A stretch of DNA of 62,752 bases, counting the filler. It is 5 parts of 5 records of this genome, joined end to end, with 100 filler letters (N's around TTAATTAATTAA, not from the genome) between each part and the next. Parts side by side here need not be neighbours in the genome. Positions count along the whole stretch, not along the records: positions 22,708 to 43,670 come from SRR22947727_1648; 4 more parts are not named here. One strand, 5' to 3'. Position 1 is the first letter of the stretch; each line of letters starts with the position of its first letter. Position numbers and translations under genes: made by a program. Under the pieces are notes generated by a model, which was not told the DNA's origin, did no database searches, and saw only the letters and a list, made by a program, of their open reading frames with translations. Below, piece by piece: positions 29,320 through 40,345 of this stretch.

Positions 29320-32196
29320 TTAAAATGCGTAAGATACAGACGCAGAAACATAATCCATATCGTATCCTAAGTTATCTTCCTTATCACCCATTTGGTTCAC
29401 ATAATTCAAACTTGCCTTAACAGAACCTTTTGTCAAAGTACTTGATAAAGATAGTGATTGTTTACCTGGTACAAATCCACCCATACTAGATGGTGCATAA
29501 CCATTAAAGTCATGTGACCACACTACTGAGTTGGATAAATTCCATGGCGTGTTTGCAATGTTATTGTAAGATGCTGATCCAATGAGACGATAAGTCATCG
29601 CAAAATCATCAGCGTTATTTTTGGATTCACAATATCCACCATTACCAAATAATGGATCCGTTTGCGATGAACCAAGGTGTGTTGCACCAACAAGCGCTAC
29701 CGCAGCAGCACCACCAAATGCAGTTGAATTTCCGTTACCCTTGGTAATACCACCACATTTTTCACCACCAACACCGTCACGGTAACCATTACGAGCTACT
29801 GGACTGCTGTCATCTAAATCAGGAACATAGACAAATCCAACTTCGGACAAGAACACAGTACTGTCTGCACCAAGACCTAACGTTAGAGGGTGTGATGCAG
29901 TAAACGCTGTTGTTGTTCCAACTGTTCCAGACCAAACATCGTACTCAAAGTAAGGCGTGGTATAATAATCACCTGCTGCAACTGTTGCAGTTGAAATAGT
30001 TGGTAAGTTTGAACGCTTAAAGGTTTGTGTGAGCATGAGTACATCCCTAAATGATGTGCCTGATACGCCATTTCCAGTATTATAGTAACCTGCTACGAGA
30101 GCAGAGAAACCTGCATCATAGTATCCTTTAGCCACACCTTGAGTTAGTAGATTAGTTGTTCCAGCGGCATCAGATAGTTGCTGACCTTGATCCGTACCGT
30201 CAGTTGCTAATGGAAAGTCCGGTCTATAAGTAAGCTCAAGTTGAAGTGCCGTTGAACCAACGTTAGTGTTTGCACTGATACCCATTGCTAGTAAATTTTC
30301 TGGATAAATAAATTCATACTCCGCTGCATTTAAAGGTGTAACTGCTGCACCCAATAGAGCAGCTGCTGACGCTTGTGTAGCTGCAGTACCCCAAGTTGCT
30401 GCATTAGTCGCACACTTAGTAGCGTCATGATAAAGTTTACCATTTATCGCTGTATAGTTATAATACTGAAGCGCAAGATTTATCTCATCGTCAGTATATG
30501 CACTTGCAGATGTAGCACCACGACCATCATCATATAAAGCATTCGCTGCTGCAGCTTTTTGATAAGCGCCACAAGCTGCTTCACCATAGGCAACATTTCC
30601 TAATCCACCTAATATCTGATTAAAGGCTATTGTTTCAGCACTTGTCAAAGTAATAGCATCAGATCCTGATAACGTGCTACTACCCAAATAAGCAGCAAGC
30701 GTTGCTTCACTACCTGATGCATGCGCACCTGCTAGCGTAAACAAGCCTAATAAGTCTCCAGCTATTAAACCTTGTTGACCTTTAAGTCTTACGTATGGAA
30801 CTTTACTGTCATATTGTGTGATATGAAATCCAAGATCAACACCCGTACCAACATCTGGTAAGAATTTTCTCAAAGATAATCCGAACTGTTCTTCACCATC
30901 AGCAAAAATGTGATTACCACCTGACTGATCAACAGCACCTGATTTACGACCTTTTTTTCGTGTCCATTCATCGTAACCAGCAAATGCAGCTGCGACAGTC
31001 ACAGCACCAGCACCATTACCTGTAGCACCAATTGCAGGTATTTCACCACCAACACCGTCCCATTGTGTTGCTGCTCCAGTACCGGCAATACCAGACTTAA
31101 GAGCAATTTGAATAGCGTTAGCGCTAGCACCTAATGTGTTAGCACCTGTTTGAATAAGATACATATCATTGGTCATAGTTCCTGTTGTAGTATCAAAAAA
31201 AGCTAATGCATCTGTAGTACAGCCTTGGTTTGCTCCACCTAAAGCTGTCGGCATAGAAATTAGGAAACTACATCCAGCAGCACGTTTTTGATCGTTGCCA
31301 GAATATTGTCCTGAGACAACCAGTCTGTCACCTGATGCCACATCACTACCATAGAATTGACCTTCTTCATCAATTTTTACATGTGCTTCATTTAATTGTA
31401 AGTAAGCCTCATACGACCAACCATCACTTAAGAAACCATTTAATGTAATTTGTTCCGTTGGAATTAATGCCTCTTTAATTGATGAACCAGGATTTCTTAG
31501 CGCTGTTAGATCAATCGCATTAGTAGTTAAACCATTCATACCAATTGGAATAAAAGTTGATTCACCCCAGCTTGTTACAAAACGTCCAACTGTAACAGAG
31601 TGATCCATGTTTATGTCTTGAGTAACATAAGCATTTAATAATCTTAAATCAGTTTCAATATCATCTTGTTGTTGAGAGTCGAATGGCGCAAATTCGGGGT
31701 TACCATTAACGTCAACAAGGGGATTATATGTACCAACAAGAGATAAGTTAACTGACATACCGCTATCTGTGTTACCGGTGATTTCTGAATAAACTCTTTG
31801 CGTAACATCAAAAATATCACCACCATCAAAGTTTGTTCTACCACCATCAGCATTAGCACCAATTAAATTTTGTGGGCCACTTGTTACTAAGCCAGTGTTA
31901 CCATAACCATCAGTACGACGTGGCGCACATCCTTCACCATCCACTTTGAAAGCTGCATCAAATGATGAAACTGCAGTTGTATATTTATCATTTGTGTCAC
32001 CATCAAGGTATTGTGTACCTCTAACACTTTCACAGTCTCTTGTGAGTCGCATAGAAACTCCATGAGTTACAGTGGTGTTTATTGAACCACTAAAACCTGG
32101 CAAGTTTAATTCTTGCGCAGACGCAAAGGTCCCAATAGATAATAATAATATAATGCTGCTTAATGCAGATATAAATTTAGACGTAAGTGTATTCAT
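29320..32196 (-). CDS. DUF1302-family outer-membrane beta-barrel protein, 958 aa
   Basis: Start moved to ATG 32196 (GGGGGA SD); signal peptide ending ASA-QE; motifs DG.TNF, LLNAYV, SWGESTF, NAID...PGSSIKEALIP, YPEN, ELTYRP..PL, SHD..GY.P; C-terminal SVSYAF beta-signal. Confidence 0.85.
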   Translation of the reverse strand: MNTLTSKFISALSSIILLLSIGTFASAQELNLPGFSGSINTTVTHGVSMRLTRDCESVRGTQYLDGDTNDKYTTAVSSFDAAFKVDGEGCAPRRTDGYGNTGLVTSGPQNLIGANADGGRTNFDGGDIFDVTQRVYSEITGNTDSGMSVNLSLVGTYNPLVDVNGNPEFAPFDSQQQDDIETDLRLLNAYVTQDINMDHSVTVGRFVTSWGESTFIPIGMNGLTTNAIDLTALRNPGSSIKEALIPTEQITLNGFLSDGWSYEAYLQLNEAHVKIDEEGQFYGSDVASGDRLVVSGQYSGNDQKRAAGCSFLISMPTALGGANQGCTTDALAFFDTTTGTMTNDMYLIQTGANTLGASANAIQIALKSGIAGTGAATQWDGVGGEIPAIGATGNGAGAVTVAAAFAGYDEWTRKKGRKSGAVDQSGGNHIFADGEEQFGLSLRKFLPDVGTGVDLGFHITQYDSKVPYVRLKGQQGLIAGDLLGLFTLAGAHASGSEATLAAYLGSSTLSGSDAITLTSAETIAFNQILGGLGNVAYGEAACGAYQKAAAANALYDDGRGATSASAYTDDEINLALQYYNYTAINGKLYHDATKCATNAATWGTAATQASAAALLGAAVTPLNAAEYEFIYPENLLAMGISANTNVGSTALQLELTYRPDFPLATDGTDQGQQLSDAAGTTNLLTQGVAKGYYDAGFSALVAGYYNTGNGVSGTSFRDVLMLTQTFKRSNLPTISTATVAAGDYYTTPYFEYDVWSGTVGTTTAFTASHPLTLGLGADSTVFLSEVGFVYVPDLDDSSPVARNGYRDGVGGEKCGGITKGNGNSTAFGGAAAVALVGATHLGSSQTDPLFGNGGYCESKNNADDFAMTYRLIGSASYNNIANTPWNLSNSVVWSHDFNGYAPSSMGGFVPGKQSLSLSSTLTKGSVKASLNYVNQMGDKEDNLGYDMDYVSASVSYAF

Positions 32197-32336
32197 GAAT
32201 ATTTCCCCCGAACATGAATTAGGTAATTTTTTTACCAGTTTTTTAATAATAGATGGATTTAATCGCAAATCAGGAAAAATAGCATAGCTTTTTATTATGC
32301 TTAATTTTTATATATTGTTTTTATACTTATGTATTT

Positions 32337-33122
32337 TTACGTTCTATTTTCGGCAATCATGGTTTTGATACCAGCAATGGCTTTAGCAGGATTTAAGCCC
32401 TTTGGACAAGTTTGGGTGCAATTCATGATTGTATGACATCTATATACTTTGAATGTGTCATCTAATTCTTTTAAGCGCTCACTCCGAGCTTCATCCCGAC
32501 TATCTTGCAACCATCGATAAGATTGCAATAAAACTGCTGGCCCAAGATACTTATCACTATTCCACCAATAGCTAGGACAAGATGTAGAGCAACATGCACA
32601 AAGAATACATTCATATAAACCATCAAGCTTTGCGCGATCAGATTTAGTTTGAAGATTTTCAATATTATCTTCGCTTTGTTTGCCGTTGTTATGAAGCCAT
32701 GGTTTAATTGAAGTTAGTTGTTTATATAAATTTTTTAGATTAGTAACTAAATCTTTAATTACTGGCATATGCGGTAATGGATAGATGGCAACATCATTTT
32801 TGCAATCTTTAATGGGCTTAGTACAAGCTAGTGTATTTGTTCCATCAATATTCATTGCACATGAACCACAGATGCCTTCACGACACGATCGTCTAAAGGT
32901 CAGAGAAGGGTCAATGTCACTTTTAATTTTCATTACGGCGTCAAGCACCATTGGACCGCAGTTATCCATATCGACTTCGTAAGTATCAACGCGTGGGTTT
33001 TTTTCATCATCAGGCGACCAACGATACACCTTAAAATTTTTAATATTATTTGAATCAGTCTTGGACTTATAATACTCACCTTCAATAAGCTTTGAATTAT
33101 CTGGAAGATTAAACTGAACCAT
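32337..33122 (-). CDS. sdhB: Succinate dehydrogenase iron-sulfur subunit
   Basis: [42 protein letters not shown]. Confidence 0.99.
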   Translation of the reverse strand: MVQFNLPDNSKLIEGEYYKSKTDSNNIKNFKVYRWSPDDEKNPRVDTYEVDMDNCGPMVLDAVMKIKSDIDPSLTFRRSCREGICGSCAMNIDGTNTLACTKPIKDCKNDVAIYPLPHMPVIKDLVTNLKNLYKQLTSIKPWLHNNGKQSEDNIENLQTKSDRAKLDGLYECILCACCSTSCPSYWWNSDKYLGPAVLLQSYRWLQDSRDEARSERLKELDDTFKVYRCHTIMNCTQTCPKGLNPAKAIAGIKTMIAENRT

Positions 33123-34897
33123 TAATAAACTCTCGCTTTTGGCTCAATGTATTTAACTTCATTAGATAATGTATAAGTATGGACTGGGCGATAATCCAAA
33201 GTGCAGTTATTATTATGTGCCCAGGCCAATGTATGGACCATCCAGTTTTTATCATCACGATCTTGGAAATCATCTCTTGCATGAGCGCCGCGGCTTTCTT
33301 TTCTATTATATGCAGACGACATCGTAACTACTGCTTGTGATATTAAATTTTGAAATTCTAAAGTTTCTAATAAATCAGTATTCCATACTAAAGATTTATC
33401 TTTCACATTAATATCAGAAGATTGTAACCAGATATCCTCAATTAATTTTTTACCCTCAGACATGATCTCTTCATCTCTAAACACCGCACAATGATTTTGC
33501 ATTACTTTTTGCATTTTACTTCGTAGTTCTGCAGTAGGGTTTGAACCATTGGAATGTCTAGTAGTATCAAAACGATTAATTACTTCATCAATTACACTTT
33601 GTGGAATATCTTTATTGGGCTCACCTTTTTTAACAGTATCATTAATACGGTCTGAAGCTGCTTTGCCGAATACCACTAAATCAATAAGAGAGTTTGAACC
33701 TAATCGGTTGGCACCATGCACACTAACACAAGCCGCTTCACCCGCAGCCATCAAACCTTCAATTGGTTCTTCATCACCATTTACTGTTGTCATGACTTCA
33801 CCATGGAAGTTGGTTGGTATGCCACCCATATTATAATGTACGGTTGGAATAATTGGGATAGGTTGCTTGGTAACATCAACATCAGCAAAAATTTTTGCAG
33901 ATTCAGATATGCCTGGTAATCGCTCTTCTAATATTTTTGAGTCTAAGTGGTCAAGGTGTAAGTGAACATGATCCTTTTCATTGCCAATACCTCTGCCGGC
34001 AATAATTTCTTTTGTAATTGATCTAGACACAACATCTCTTGAGGCAAGATCTTTAGCTGAAGGAGCATAACGTTCCATAAATCTTTCACCTTCACTATTA
34101 ACTAAATAGCCACCTTCGCCACGGGCTCCTTCGGTTATTAAACAGCCAACCCCATAAATTCCAGTTGGATGAAATTGTACAAACTCCATATCTTGTAGCG
34201 GAAGTCCTGCTCTAAGTACCATTGCATTTCCATCTCCTGTACAGGTATGTGCTGAAGTGGCTGAAAAATAAACACGACCATATCCACCTGTTGCTAAAAT
34301 AGTTTTTTTAGATTTAAACACATGCAATTTGCCATCCTCAAGACACCAGGCAACAACACCACAACATGCGCCATCAACCATAAGAAGATCTAAAACAAAA
34401 TATTCAATATAGTAATCGCAGCCATGCTTTAATGATTGGCCATAAAGCGTGTGAATAATAGCATGGCCAGTTCTATCGGCTGCTGCACAAGTACGTTGTG
34501 CTGAACCTTCACCGTAGTTTTTAGTCATTCCACCAAATGCTCTTTGGTAAATCTTTCCATCTTCAGTTCTGCTGAATGGCACACCATAATTTTCCAACTC
34601 TAAAACAGCTTTCGGGGCATTTTTGCATAAGTACTCAATTGCGTCTTGATCACCCAGCCAGTCAGAGCCTTTAACAGTATCGTACATATGCCAACGCCAA
34701 TCATCTTCGCCCATATTACCAAGAGCTGCTGAGATACCACCTTGTGCGGCAACAGTATGACTTCTAGTTGGAAATACTTTAGATATGCATGCAGTTTTAT
34801 AACCATTTTCTACCGCACCAACAGTTGCTCTTAAGCCAGCACCACCAGCACCAACAACAACTACATCATAATCGTGATATTCTATTTCGTATGACAT
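33122..34897 (-). CDS. sdhA: Succinate dehydrogenase flavoprotein
   Basis: [33 protein letters not shown]. Confidence 0.99.
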   Translation of the reverse strand: MSYEIEYHDYDVVVVGAGGAGLRATVGAVENGYKTACISKVFPTRSHTVAAQGGISAALGNMGEDDWRWHMYDTVKGSDWLGDQDAIEYLCKNAPKAVLELENYGVPFSRTEDGKIYQRAFGGMTKNYGEGSAQRTCAAADRTGHAIIHTLYGQSLKHGCDYYIEYFVLDLLMVDGACCGVVAWCLEDGKLHVFKSKKTILATGGYGRVYFSATSAHTCTGDGNAMVLRAGLPLQDMEFVQFHPTGIYGVGCLITEGARGEGGYLVNSEGERFMERYAPSAKDLASRDVVSRSITKEIIAGRGIGNEKDHVHLHLDHLDSKILEERLPGISESAKIFADVDVTKQPIPIIPTVHYNMGGIPTNFHGEVMTTVNGDEEPIEGLMAAGEAACVSVHGANRLGSNSLIDLVVFGKAASDRINDTVKKGEPNKDIPQSVIDEVINRFDTTRHSNGSNPTAELRSKMQKVMQNHCAVFRDEEIMSEGKKLIEDIWLQSSDINVKDKSLVWNTDLLETLEFQNLISQAVVTMSSAYNRKESRGAHARDDFQDRDDKNWMVHTLAWAHNNNCTLDYRPVHTYTLSNEVKYIEPKARVY

Positions 34898-34899
34898 TC

Positions 34900-35235
34900 T
34901 TATTTAATACATATTAATATAACAGACAATGAAACTACCCCTAAAATACCTGCAACAAATAAGTTGATGGCAGCATATGAGAGTTTCTTAACCATAGCGC
35001 TGTGAACATAATCTTCGATCACTTCGTGAAGGCCTAATCTCATATGAAGTAAGCCAATTATAGTAAAAATCAACACTAAAACCAGGAACCATAATGAGCT
35101 AGCCTCAAAAATTATCTGATCATAAGTCATTTTTGATAATTGCAGAATTTTTACTAAAAAATAAGAAACTAAGGGTATTAGCGCAATTGAGCTATACTTT
35201 TGAAATATCCATGTTTTTCGGGCTGAATGACTCAT
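34900..35235 (-). CDS. sdhD: Succinate dehydrogenase membrane anchor
   Basis: Start moved to MSHSARKTW (ATGA overlap with sdhC); [15 protein letters not shown]. Confidence 0.93.
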   Translation of the reverse strand: MSHSARKTWIFQKYSSIALIPLVSYFLVKILQLSKMTYDQIIFEASSLWFLVLVLIFTIIGLLHMRLGLHEVIEDYVHSAMVKKLSYAAINLFVAGILGVVSLSVILICIK

Positions 35236-35603
35236 AAGACTGATAAAAACCAAATTATAATTGTCATTATTAATGAGCCTATAACTACTGACCATCCTGT
35301 CACTTTGACAATCGATAAATCCAAACCATAACCATAATCCCAACCTAAATGCCTAATGCCATTCAAAGTATGAAAGCAAACTGACCAAGTATAGCCAATC
35401 ATAATAGTGCGGCCAATAAAGTTGGAGATTAAATAGTTAAAAAAATCAAAATAAAATTCCCCTAAGCTTAAGCAAAGTAGCCAAGCAGCTAATATAATTG
35501 TACCTAAAGATAATATTACTCCAGTAATTCTATGCAGGATTGATAGCACTGAAGTTATCTGCCACCGATAAATTTGAAGATGTGGTGAAAGAGGGTTGTT
35601 CAT
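35232..35603 (-). CDS. sdhC: Succinate dehydrogenase cytochrome b556
   Basis: PLSPHLQIY, SILHRITG, HTLNGIRHL.WD. Confidence 0.97.
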   Translation of the reverse strand: MNNPLSPHLQIYRWQITSVLSILHRITGVILSLGTIILAAWLLCLSLGEFYFDFFNYLISNFIGRTIMIGYTWSVCFHTLNGIRHLGWDYGYGLDLSIVKVTGWSVVIGSLIMTIIIWFLSVL

Positions 35604-35661
35604 AAAAAGTATCCAATTAATGTATGATATACATTATATATGTATCCTTATACGTTATGTA

Positions 35662-36729
35662 TTACTTTTTCTTTGGAATCAAGGCCCAATAATCTAGGCT
35701 TAACAAGACATTTTCGTTAAATTTACCATCTGAGTTTTTGTGCTGAAATTCTGAAGCTGGCGCATCAGCAATTCCATTCATTCTGATTCTTAATGCACCA
35801 GTTGTATCATTAATATCCATAGTATCTATAATTTCGCTCCAGGCAAAAACTGTCTTGCCGGCAAAACATGGAGCAGCATGTGCACCACCATTTATAGCAA
35901 TAATCTTAAAGGCATTGGCTAACCCATTAAATGATAATGATCTGGCAAGACTGATAACGTGTCCACCATAAACAATTCGCTTTCCAAACCTACCTTCTTT
36001 TTCATAATAATGATTGAAGTGAACCTTGGAAGTATTTTGGTAAAGTTTAGTTGCTAACATATGCTCAGCTTCTTCAACTGTCATGCCATCAATGTGATCT
36101 ATTTTTTCTCCAATATTATAATCTTCAAAACAAGCAGATGAGCCTGAGTCGGTAAAATTAAAGTTGGTTACATCAAAATTATACGATAACGCAATATCTT
36201 TTACCTCTTCTTTAGATAATTCAGTTGGCAAGGTTGGTAAAACCGTTTCTGCATTATTTACTCCTTTTGATTTCTTCTTAATCATTACCCATCGCTTGAA
36301 ATCTAATACAACTTCATTGTTTTGATTTGTACTTATTGAATTGACGTAAACAACGCCTGTTTCACCATTTGAATTTTCTTTCAGACCAATTACATGTGAT
36401 ACAGATTTGATAGTGTCTCCTGGGTAGACAGGTTTTAAAAATTTACAGTCTGCATATCCTAAATTAGCTAACGCATTTAATGAAATGTCTGGTACTGTCT
36501 TGCCAAACGCTATATTGAACAAAAGAAAATCATCAATTGGTGATTGCTCTAATTTAAGTTCTTTTGCAAATTCATTAGAAGAATGTAAGGCAAACCTTGT
36601 TCCATAAAGAGCGGTATACAGAGAGCTATCACCGTGAGTAATGGTTCTAGAGGTAGAATGTTCTAACGTCTGATTGATTGAAAAATCTTCAAAAAAATTT
36701 CCAATAGTATTTTTTGATTTGTTTGTCAT
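35662..36729 (-). CDS. mch: Double hot-dog MaoC hydratase, mesaconyl-C1-CoA hydratase-like
   Basis: GNFFEDF, FGKTVPDISLNALANLGY, IDHIDGMTVEEAEH, YQNT.KVHF, YGGHVIS. Confidence 0.85.
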   Translation of the reverse strand: MTNKSKNTIGNFFEDFSINQTLEHSTSRTITHGDSSLYTALYGTRFALHSSNEFAKELKLEQSPIDDFLLFNIAFGKTVPDISLNALANLGYADCKFLKPVYPGDTIKSVSHVIGLKENSNGETGVVYVNSISTNQNNEVVLDFKRWVMIKKKSKGVNNAETVLPTLPTELSKEEVKDIALSYNFDVTNFNFTDSGSSACFEDYNIGEKIDHIDGMTVEEAEHMLATKLYQNTSKVHFNHYYEKEGRFGKRIVYGGHVISLARSLSFNGLANAFKIIAINGGAHAAPCFAGKTVFAWSEIIDTMDINDTTGALRIRMNGIADAPASEFQHKNSDGKFNENVLLSLDYWALIPKKK

Positions 36730-36733
36730 TAAT

Positions 36734-37597
36734 CTATTTTCCTAATAATTTCTTAAAAGCTAATAATTTTTTTGCTCCATTAACGTGCAATTCTTCAACT
36801 TGCTTCCCATCAATAACAATTACACCAATTTCTGGATTTTCTTTTCTTGCTTCCTCATACGCTAAAACCATTTTTTCTGCTTCAGCTATTTCTTGAACAC
36901 TCGGTGAGTATATTCGATTACAAGGTTCGATTTGTACTGGATGAATTAATGTTTTGCCATCAAGACCAAGACCACTACCGTATTTGCATTCTTCCTCAAA
37001 ACCTATTTCATCCTTAATAGCATTATAAACACCGTCAATAAGTGAAATTTTATTTGCCTTTGCTGCAATTAAACAAGTCAATATACTAGTCTCTAAACCT
37101 GTTCTTCTCATCTCTTCATTTAAATCCAACTCTTTTGAAAGATCATTGGTTCCCATTACAAAGCAATTTAGTTTTTTAGAGCACGCGGCTATTGCATAAG
37201 CATTGATAATTGCATGGGGGGTTTCCATCATGGCCCAGATCATAGTTTTTTTGTTTTGTAGATAAGGAATATACTTCAAAATATCATCAGGGTTGTTTAC
37301 TTTTGGAATCAAAATAGCATCGGGCTCACACTGCTCTAATACTTCATAATCTTTTTTTCCAAATTCTGTATCATCAGAATTTATACGAACAATTTGTTCT
37401 TTTTGATTGTGTTGATTAGAATTCACAAGATCGATAATGATTGACCTCGCTTGATCTTTAGCAGCTGGAGCTACTGCATCTTCTAAATCATAAATTAATG
37501 CGTCAATCTCTAAGCTTGATATTTTACCTTGTGCTTTCTCATTAGATCCAGGCACATAAAGTACACTTCGTCTGGGTCGGTGAAGAATCTCTTCCAT
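36734..37597 (-). CDS. CitE/HpcH-family CoA-ester lyase (malyl-CoA lyase/thioesterase-like)
   Basis: RRSVLYVPGS, DLEDAVAP, AMMETP, MGTNDL, DGVYN, GKTLIHP. Confidence 0.9.
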   Translation of the reverse strand: MEEILHRPRRSVLYVPGSNEKAQGKISSLEIDALIYDLEDAVAPAAKDQARSIIIDLVNSNQHNQKEQIVRINSDDTEFGKKDYEVLEQCEPDAILIPKVNNPDDILKYIPYLQNKKTMIWAMMETPHAIINAYAIAACSKKLNCFVMGTNDLSKELDLNEEMRRTGLETSILTCLIAAKANKISLIDGVYNAIKDEIGFEEECKYGSGLGLDGKTLIHPVQIEPCNRIYSPSVQEIAEAEKMVLAYEEARKENPEIGVIVIDGKQVEELHVNGAKKLLAFKKLLGK

Positions 37598-38610
37598 TAG
37601 TCTAAGTGCTTTTCTTTCAATAACTCTAGTATTTGGACTGCGTTTAATGCAGCTCCTTTTCTCAAATTATCAGATACTACCCAAATAGAAAGTCCATTTT
37701 CAAAAGCGGTATCTTCTCTAACTCTAGACACATAAGTATCATCATTGCCTGCACACTCAATTGGGGTGACATAGCCTCCATCTTTTCTCTCGTCTAAAAC
37801 CGTACACCCAGGAGCATCTTTTAAGGCTGCATAAGCTTCAACAACTGTCATTTTATTTTCAAATTCAATAGTTACTGCTTCCGAATGCCCAATAAAAACT
37901 GGAACACGAACACATGTAGCAGAAAATTTTATTTTAGAATCAAGCATCTTATGACATTCTTGTTGCATCTTTAATTCTTCTTTGGTGTAGCCATCATCCA
38001 TAAATTTATCAATGTGTGGAATAACATTAAATGCTATACGTTTCGTAAATTTAACATTATCCAAAACATCGTTGGCAAAAAATTTTCTTGATTGATTAAA
38101 TAGTTCATCCATACCTTCTTTACCAGCGCCTGAAACCGATTGATAGGTAGAGACAATTACACGCTTTATTGTATTTATGTCGTGTAATGGTTTTAAAGCT
38201 ACTAACAACTGAGCAGTAGAACAATTAGGATTCGCAATTATGTTTTTTTTCTTATACCCAGCTAATGCATCGGCATTTACTTCTGGAACAATCAATGGAA
38301 CATCAGGATCCATTCTAAAATGACTTGAATTGTCAATTACTATGCAACCTGCTGCTGCAAATTTAGGTGCCCACTCTTTAGATATTTCACCACCAGCAGA
38401 AAATAAGGCAATCTGAATTTCCGCAGGATTAAATTTTTCTAAAGAAGAAACAGAAATTTCATTTTCACCAAATGAAACTTTCATTCCCTCACTTCTACTT
38501 GAAGCTATAGGAAAAATATTTTCAGATTTAAAACCTTTTTCTGAAAGTATAGAAAGCATTTCTCTGCCGACATTTCCTGTAGCGCCAACAATACCAATTT
38601 TTAAAGTCAT
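37597..38610 (-). CDS. asd: Aspartate-semialdehyde dehydrogenase
   Basis: GATGNVG, NPNCST, TYQSVSGAG, DNLRKGAALN. Confidence 0.98.
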   Translation of the reverse strand: MTLKIGIVGATGNVGREMLSILSEKGFKSENIFPIASSRSEGMKVSFGENEISVSSLEKFNPAEIQIALFSAGGEISKEWAPKFAAAGCIVIDNSSHFRMDPDVPLIVPEVNADALAGYKKKNIIANPNCSTAQLLVALKPLHDINTIKRVIVSTYQSVSGAGKEGMDELFNQSRKFFANDVLDNVKFTKRIAFNVIPHIDKFMDDGYTKEELKMQQECHKMLDSKIKFSATCVRVPVFIGHSEAVTIEFENKMTVVEAYAALKDAPGCTVLDERKDGGYVTPIECAGNDDTYVSRVREDTAFENGLSIWVVSDNLRKGAALNAVQILELLKEKHLD

Positions 38611-39722
38611 TATGATCCTATACTATTATAAGCCTCAACAATCTTATCACCCATTTGCTGAGTAGATAAGTTTTGTTCATTGTTACCGATTAAGTCTGGT
38701 GTTTTATGCCCAGCAGTTAGTACATTATTTACAGCATCATTTATCTTGTCAGCCTCTTCATTCATAGCAAATGAGTATTTTAAACACATCGCAAAACTTA
38801 AAATACAGGCAATTGGGTTAGCAATTCCTTGTCCAGCAATGTCTGGAGCTGAACCATGAACGGGCTCATACAAAGCTTTTCTAAAATTATTTTCATCAAT
38901 TTCACCCAAAGAAGCAGAAGGCAACATCCCGAGTGAGCCAGTCAACATTGATGCCTCATCTGACAAAATATCACCAAATAAGTTATCCGTTACTATGACA
39001 TCAAATTGTTTTGGATTTCTAACAAGTTGCATTGCACAGTTGTCAGCATACATATGAGTAAGTTCAACATCTTGATATTCTTTTTGATGAATAGCAGTAA
39101 CTTCTTCTCTCCACAATATTCCTGACTCCATTACATTTGATTTTTCACAAGATATGACTCTATTGTCTCTTTTGCGTGCTAGCTCAAATGCAATTTTAGC
39201 AACTCTATGAATTTCCTTAGTATTATAAGTTTGCGTATTTATACCTTGCCGTGATCCATCGCTAAGAGTTTTAATACCTCTAGGCTCACCAAAATAAATA
39301 CCACCTGTTAATTCTCTAACTATCATTATATCTAGTCCAGCTACTAATTCTGGTTTTAAAGAAGACGCATCGACCATAGATTCAAAACACATTGCAGGTC
39401 TAAGGTTGGCAAATAATTCGAGTTCTTTTCTTATACGCAACAAACCTTGCTCTGGTTTCATTGAAAAATCTAAACTATCCCATTTCTCTCCACCGACAGC
39501 GCCCAATAAAACTGCATGTGCCTGTTTTGCACTTTCAAGTGTTGAGTCGTCTAATGGTGTGCCATACCTATCGTATGCTGCGCCACCAATATCATCATGG
39601 ATAGTTTCAAACTGCACTCCACTAGATTGTTCTACAGCAGAAATTAGTTTTGATACTTCGGTCATTACTTCAGGACCTATTCCATCGCCAGGTAAAATTA
39701 ATAATTTAAATATTTTGGTCAT
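38610..39722 (-). CDS. leuB: 3-isopropylmalate dehydrogenase
   Basis: [40 protein letters not shown]. Confidence 0.98.
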   Translation of the reverse strand: MTKIFKLLILPGDGIGPEVMTEVSKLISAVEQSSGVQFETIHDDIGGAAYDRYGTPLDDSTLESAKQAHAVLLGAVGGEKWDSLDFSMKPEQGLLRIRKELELFANLRPAMCFESMVDASSLKPELVAGLDIMIVRELTGGIYFGEPRGIKTLSDGSRQGINTQTYNTKEIHRVAKIAFELARKRDNRVISCEKSNVMESGILWREEVTAIHQKEYQDVELTHMYADNCAMQLVRNPKQFDVIVTDNLFGDILSDEASMLTGSLGMLPSASLGEIDENNFRKALYEPVHGSAPDIAGQGIANPIACILSFAMCLKYSFAMNEEADKINDAVNNVLTAGHKTPDLIGNNEQNLSTQQMGDKIVEAYNSIGS

Positions 39723-40345
39723 GTTAATTTATTTCCATATAGCCAAGGCGTTTCTTTTTCTTGACTTCCTTCAAAGTTACCAATTTCAACAGATTTATTT
39801 AAAGTTAGAGCAATGTCATCTAGCCCTTCTAACAAACAATTTTTTTTAGCTGGATCAATATCAAAACTTATTTCTTTTTGTTCATTATTCTCTACATAAG
39901 TTATATTTTGCTTTTCTAAATCTATATTAAAGTTCAGTGTATTTTCTGCAGTATCTTGCAACTTGCTAACAGTTTCTTCATCAAGAATTATAGGCAATAT
40001 ACCATTTTTAAAGCAATTATTATAAAAGATGTCGGCATAGCTTGGAGCAATAATACATTTAATTCCATAGTCCGCTATAGACCAAGGCGCATGTTCACGT
40101 GAAGAACCACAACCAAAGTTCTTTCCTGCTATTAATATACTAGCTCCTTTATATTGATCTTGATTTAATGCAAATGAACTAATTTCATTACCATCTTGAT
40201 CTAACTTTAATTCATAAAATAAAAACTCTCCAAGTCCAGTTCGTTTTATTGTTTTCAAAAACTGTTTTGGAATAATCATATCGGTATCAACATTAGTTAT
40301 TCGCAATGGAATTGCGTGACCACTTAACTTGTTAAACTTTTCCAT
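39719..40345 (-). CDS. leuD: 3-isopropylmalate dehydratase small subunit
   Basis: [24 protein letters not shown]. Confidence 0.98.
   Translation of the reverse strand: MEKFNKLSGHAIPLRITNVDTDMIIPKQFLKTIKRTGLGEFLFYELKLDQDGNEISSFALNQDQYKGASILIAGKNFGCGSSREHAPWSIADYGIKCIIAPSYADIFYNNCFKNGILPIILDEETVSKLQDTAENTLNFNIDLEKQNITYVENNEQKEISFDIDPAKKNCLLEGLDDIALTLNKSVEIGNFEGSQEKETPWLYGNKLT

Noticed and set aside
32197..32268. ORF-track N-terminal extension of the DUF1302 protein (similar extensions on sdhD, trmD, rpoB, znuA, aspS)
   Set aside because: Downstream ATGs have better SD sequences, gene coupling or signal peptides; the extensions are longest-ORF artefacts
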